From assembly GCA_964610025.1 (NCBI GenBank), contig CAZSTX010000001.1, positions 117,209 through 181,208 of the forward strand: 64,000 bases of DNA, written 5' to 3'. Shown here in pieces: positions 63,180-64,000 of the stretch. How positions within the stretch are numbered: position 1 is the stretch's first letter; the number at the start of each line of letters is the position of its first letter. Origin of the DNA: an uncultured Lentimicrobiaceae bacterium. Lineage in GTDB: Bacteria; Bacteroidota; Bacteroidia; Bacteroidales; WCHB1-69. The notes under the pieces are model-generated. The model ran no database searches, was not told the origin of the DNA, and saw only the letters and a program-made list of their open reading frames with translations. Made by a program: the position numbers and the translations under genes.

Positions 63180-64000
63180 ATGACAAGGGATAAAACTTTA
63201 ATTCGTGCTTCATATTTTAGTGCTATAGGCAATGCCGTGCTATCCATAGCAAAAATTGTTGTCGGTATTTTTTCAGGCAGTCTTGCAGTTATTAGCGATG
63301 GTATTGATTCAGGAACCGATGTGCTCATCTCATTTGTAATGATTTTAACAGCGCGCATTATCAATCGTCCACCTAATTACAAATATGTGTACGGATATAA
63401 AAAGGCAGAAAGTATTGCTACGAAAATTCTCTCATTAATAATTTTCTATGCTGGGATGCAAATGCTTATTTCATCTGCACAAAGTTTTTTTATGAACGAT
63501 ACGAAAATAATGCCTTCAATTGCAGCTATTTATATTACTGTTTTTTCTGTTTTCGGAAAACTTACTTTAGCATGGCATCAATATATAAAAGGAAAGAAAA
63601 TTAATAGTTCTATGCTCATTGCTAATGCTGTCAATATGCGTAATGATGTATTTATTTCTCTGAGTGTATTAATTGGTTTAGGATTTACATTTATTTTAAA
63701 AATGCCTATATTAGACTCACTTACAGGTTTTATTGTAGCTATCATTATTCTAAAATCGTCTATTAGCATATTTATTGATTCAAATGTTGAATTATTAGAC
63801 GGTGTAAAAGATAAAAGCGTCTATCAAAAGATATTTGAAGCTGTTGATAATACTCCCGGTGCATGTAATCCACATCGTGTGCGAACACGTCAAATAGGAA
63901 ATCTCTATCACATTGTACTCGATATTGAAGCCGACCCAAATATTACTATTAAAGAAGCCCACGATATTTCAGAGGCTGTAGAGCAAAATATACGTAAAAG
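63180..64000 (+). CDS. cation diffusion facilitator family transporter (partial, runs off the window)
   Basis: Not in the ORF track because no stop lies in the window. ATG at 63180 gives MTRDKTLIRASYFSAIGNAVLSIAKIVVGIFSGSLAVISDGIDSGTDV ..., the CDF TM1-TM2 signature, and the frame stays open to 64000. Confidence 0.8.
   Translation, partial: MTRDKTLIRASYFSAIGNAVLSIAKIVVGIFSGSLAVISDGIDSGTDVLISFVMILTARIINRPPNYKYVYGYKKAESIATKILSLIIFYAGMQMLISSAQSFFMNDTKIMPSIAAIYITVFSVFGKLTLAWHQYIKGKKINSSMLIANAVNMRNDVFISLSVLIGLGFTFILKMPILDSLTGFIVAIIILKSSISIFIDSNVELLDGVKDKSVYQKIFEAVDNTPGACNPHRVRTRQIGNLYHIVLDIEADPNITIKEAHDISEAVEQNIRK

Overview
AT-rich (about 30% G+C by eye) chromosomal segment with Bacteroidota hallmarks: fused lpxC-fabZ, TAnnTTTG -7 promoter boxes before many genes, PorQ, a T9SS type-B sorting domain, and a PG0541-family gene after an RND pump. 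I count about 70 protein genes and one tRNA-Arg(CCG). I see no rRNA, CRISPR array, intact IS or integrase. Most genes are housekeeping: pgk-like, uvrB, lpxC-fabZ, hutH, rplS, efp, lpxD, rlmB, gmhB, ettA, mtaB, a TetR + TolC/MFP/RND efflux operon, crcB, an FKBP isomerase, two ECF sigma factors, trxB, typA, and a CDF transporter that runs off the 3' end and is absent from the ORF track. Positions 38.9-52.6 kb form a surface-polysaccharide locus built around pseudaminic-acid genes (pseC, pseF, pseG, pseI) plus Wzy/Wzx-like proteins, glycosyltransferases and a WecA/WbpL-type initiating transferase. It lacks recognisable pseB and pseH, and an ATP-grasp and an SDR gene sit inside the pse block. The stand-out region is 14.5-17.4 kb. 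A 2.33-kb insertion carries a self-promoted, shell-less Rhs-core/HExxH toxin module, two exported candidate immunity proteins and a truncated second copy of the toxin 'head'. It is bracketed by a perfect ~259-bp direct duplication, which keeps two abutting convergent genes (gmhB and a lytic transglycosylase) intact, and no mobility gene is present. Other items worth a second look are a helically phased array of about 13 ATGTAAAT-type repeats upstream of a CI-like HTH regulator, an ECF sigma partner protein with a T9SS type-B C-terminal domain, a decayed RAYT transposase fragment, an ORF-free 0.5-kb region after crcB, and a PGK paralogue with altered substrate-site motifs. All calls come from reading the sequence and the ORF translations by eye. 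No searches were run, so family assignments rest on recalled motifs.
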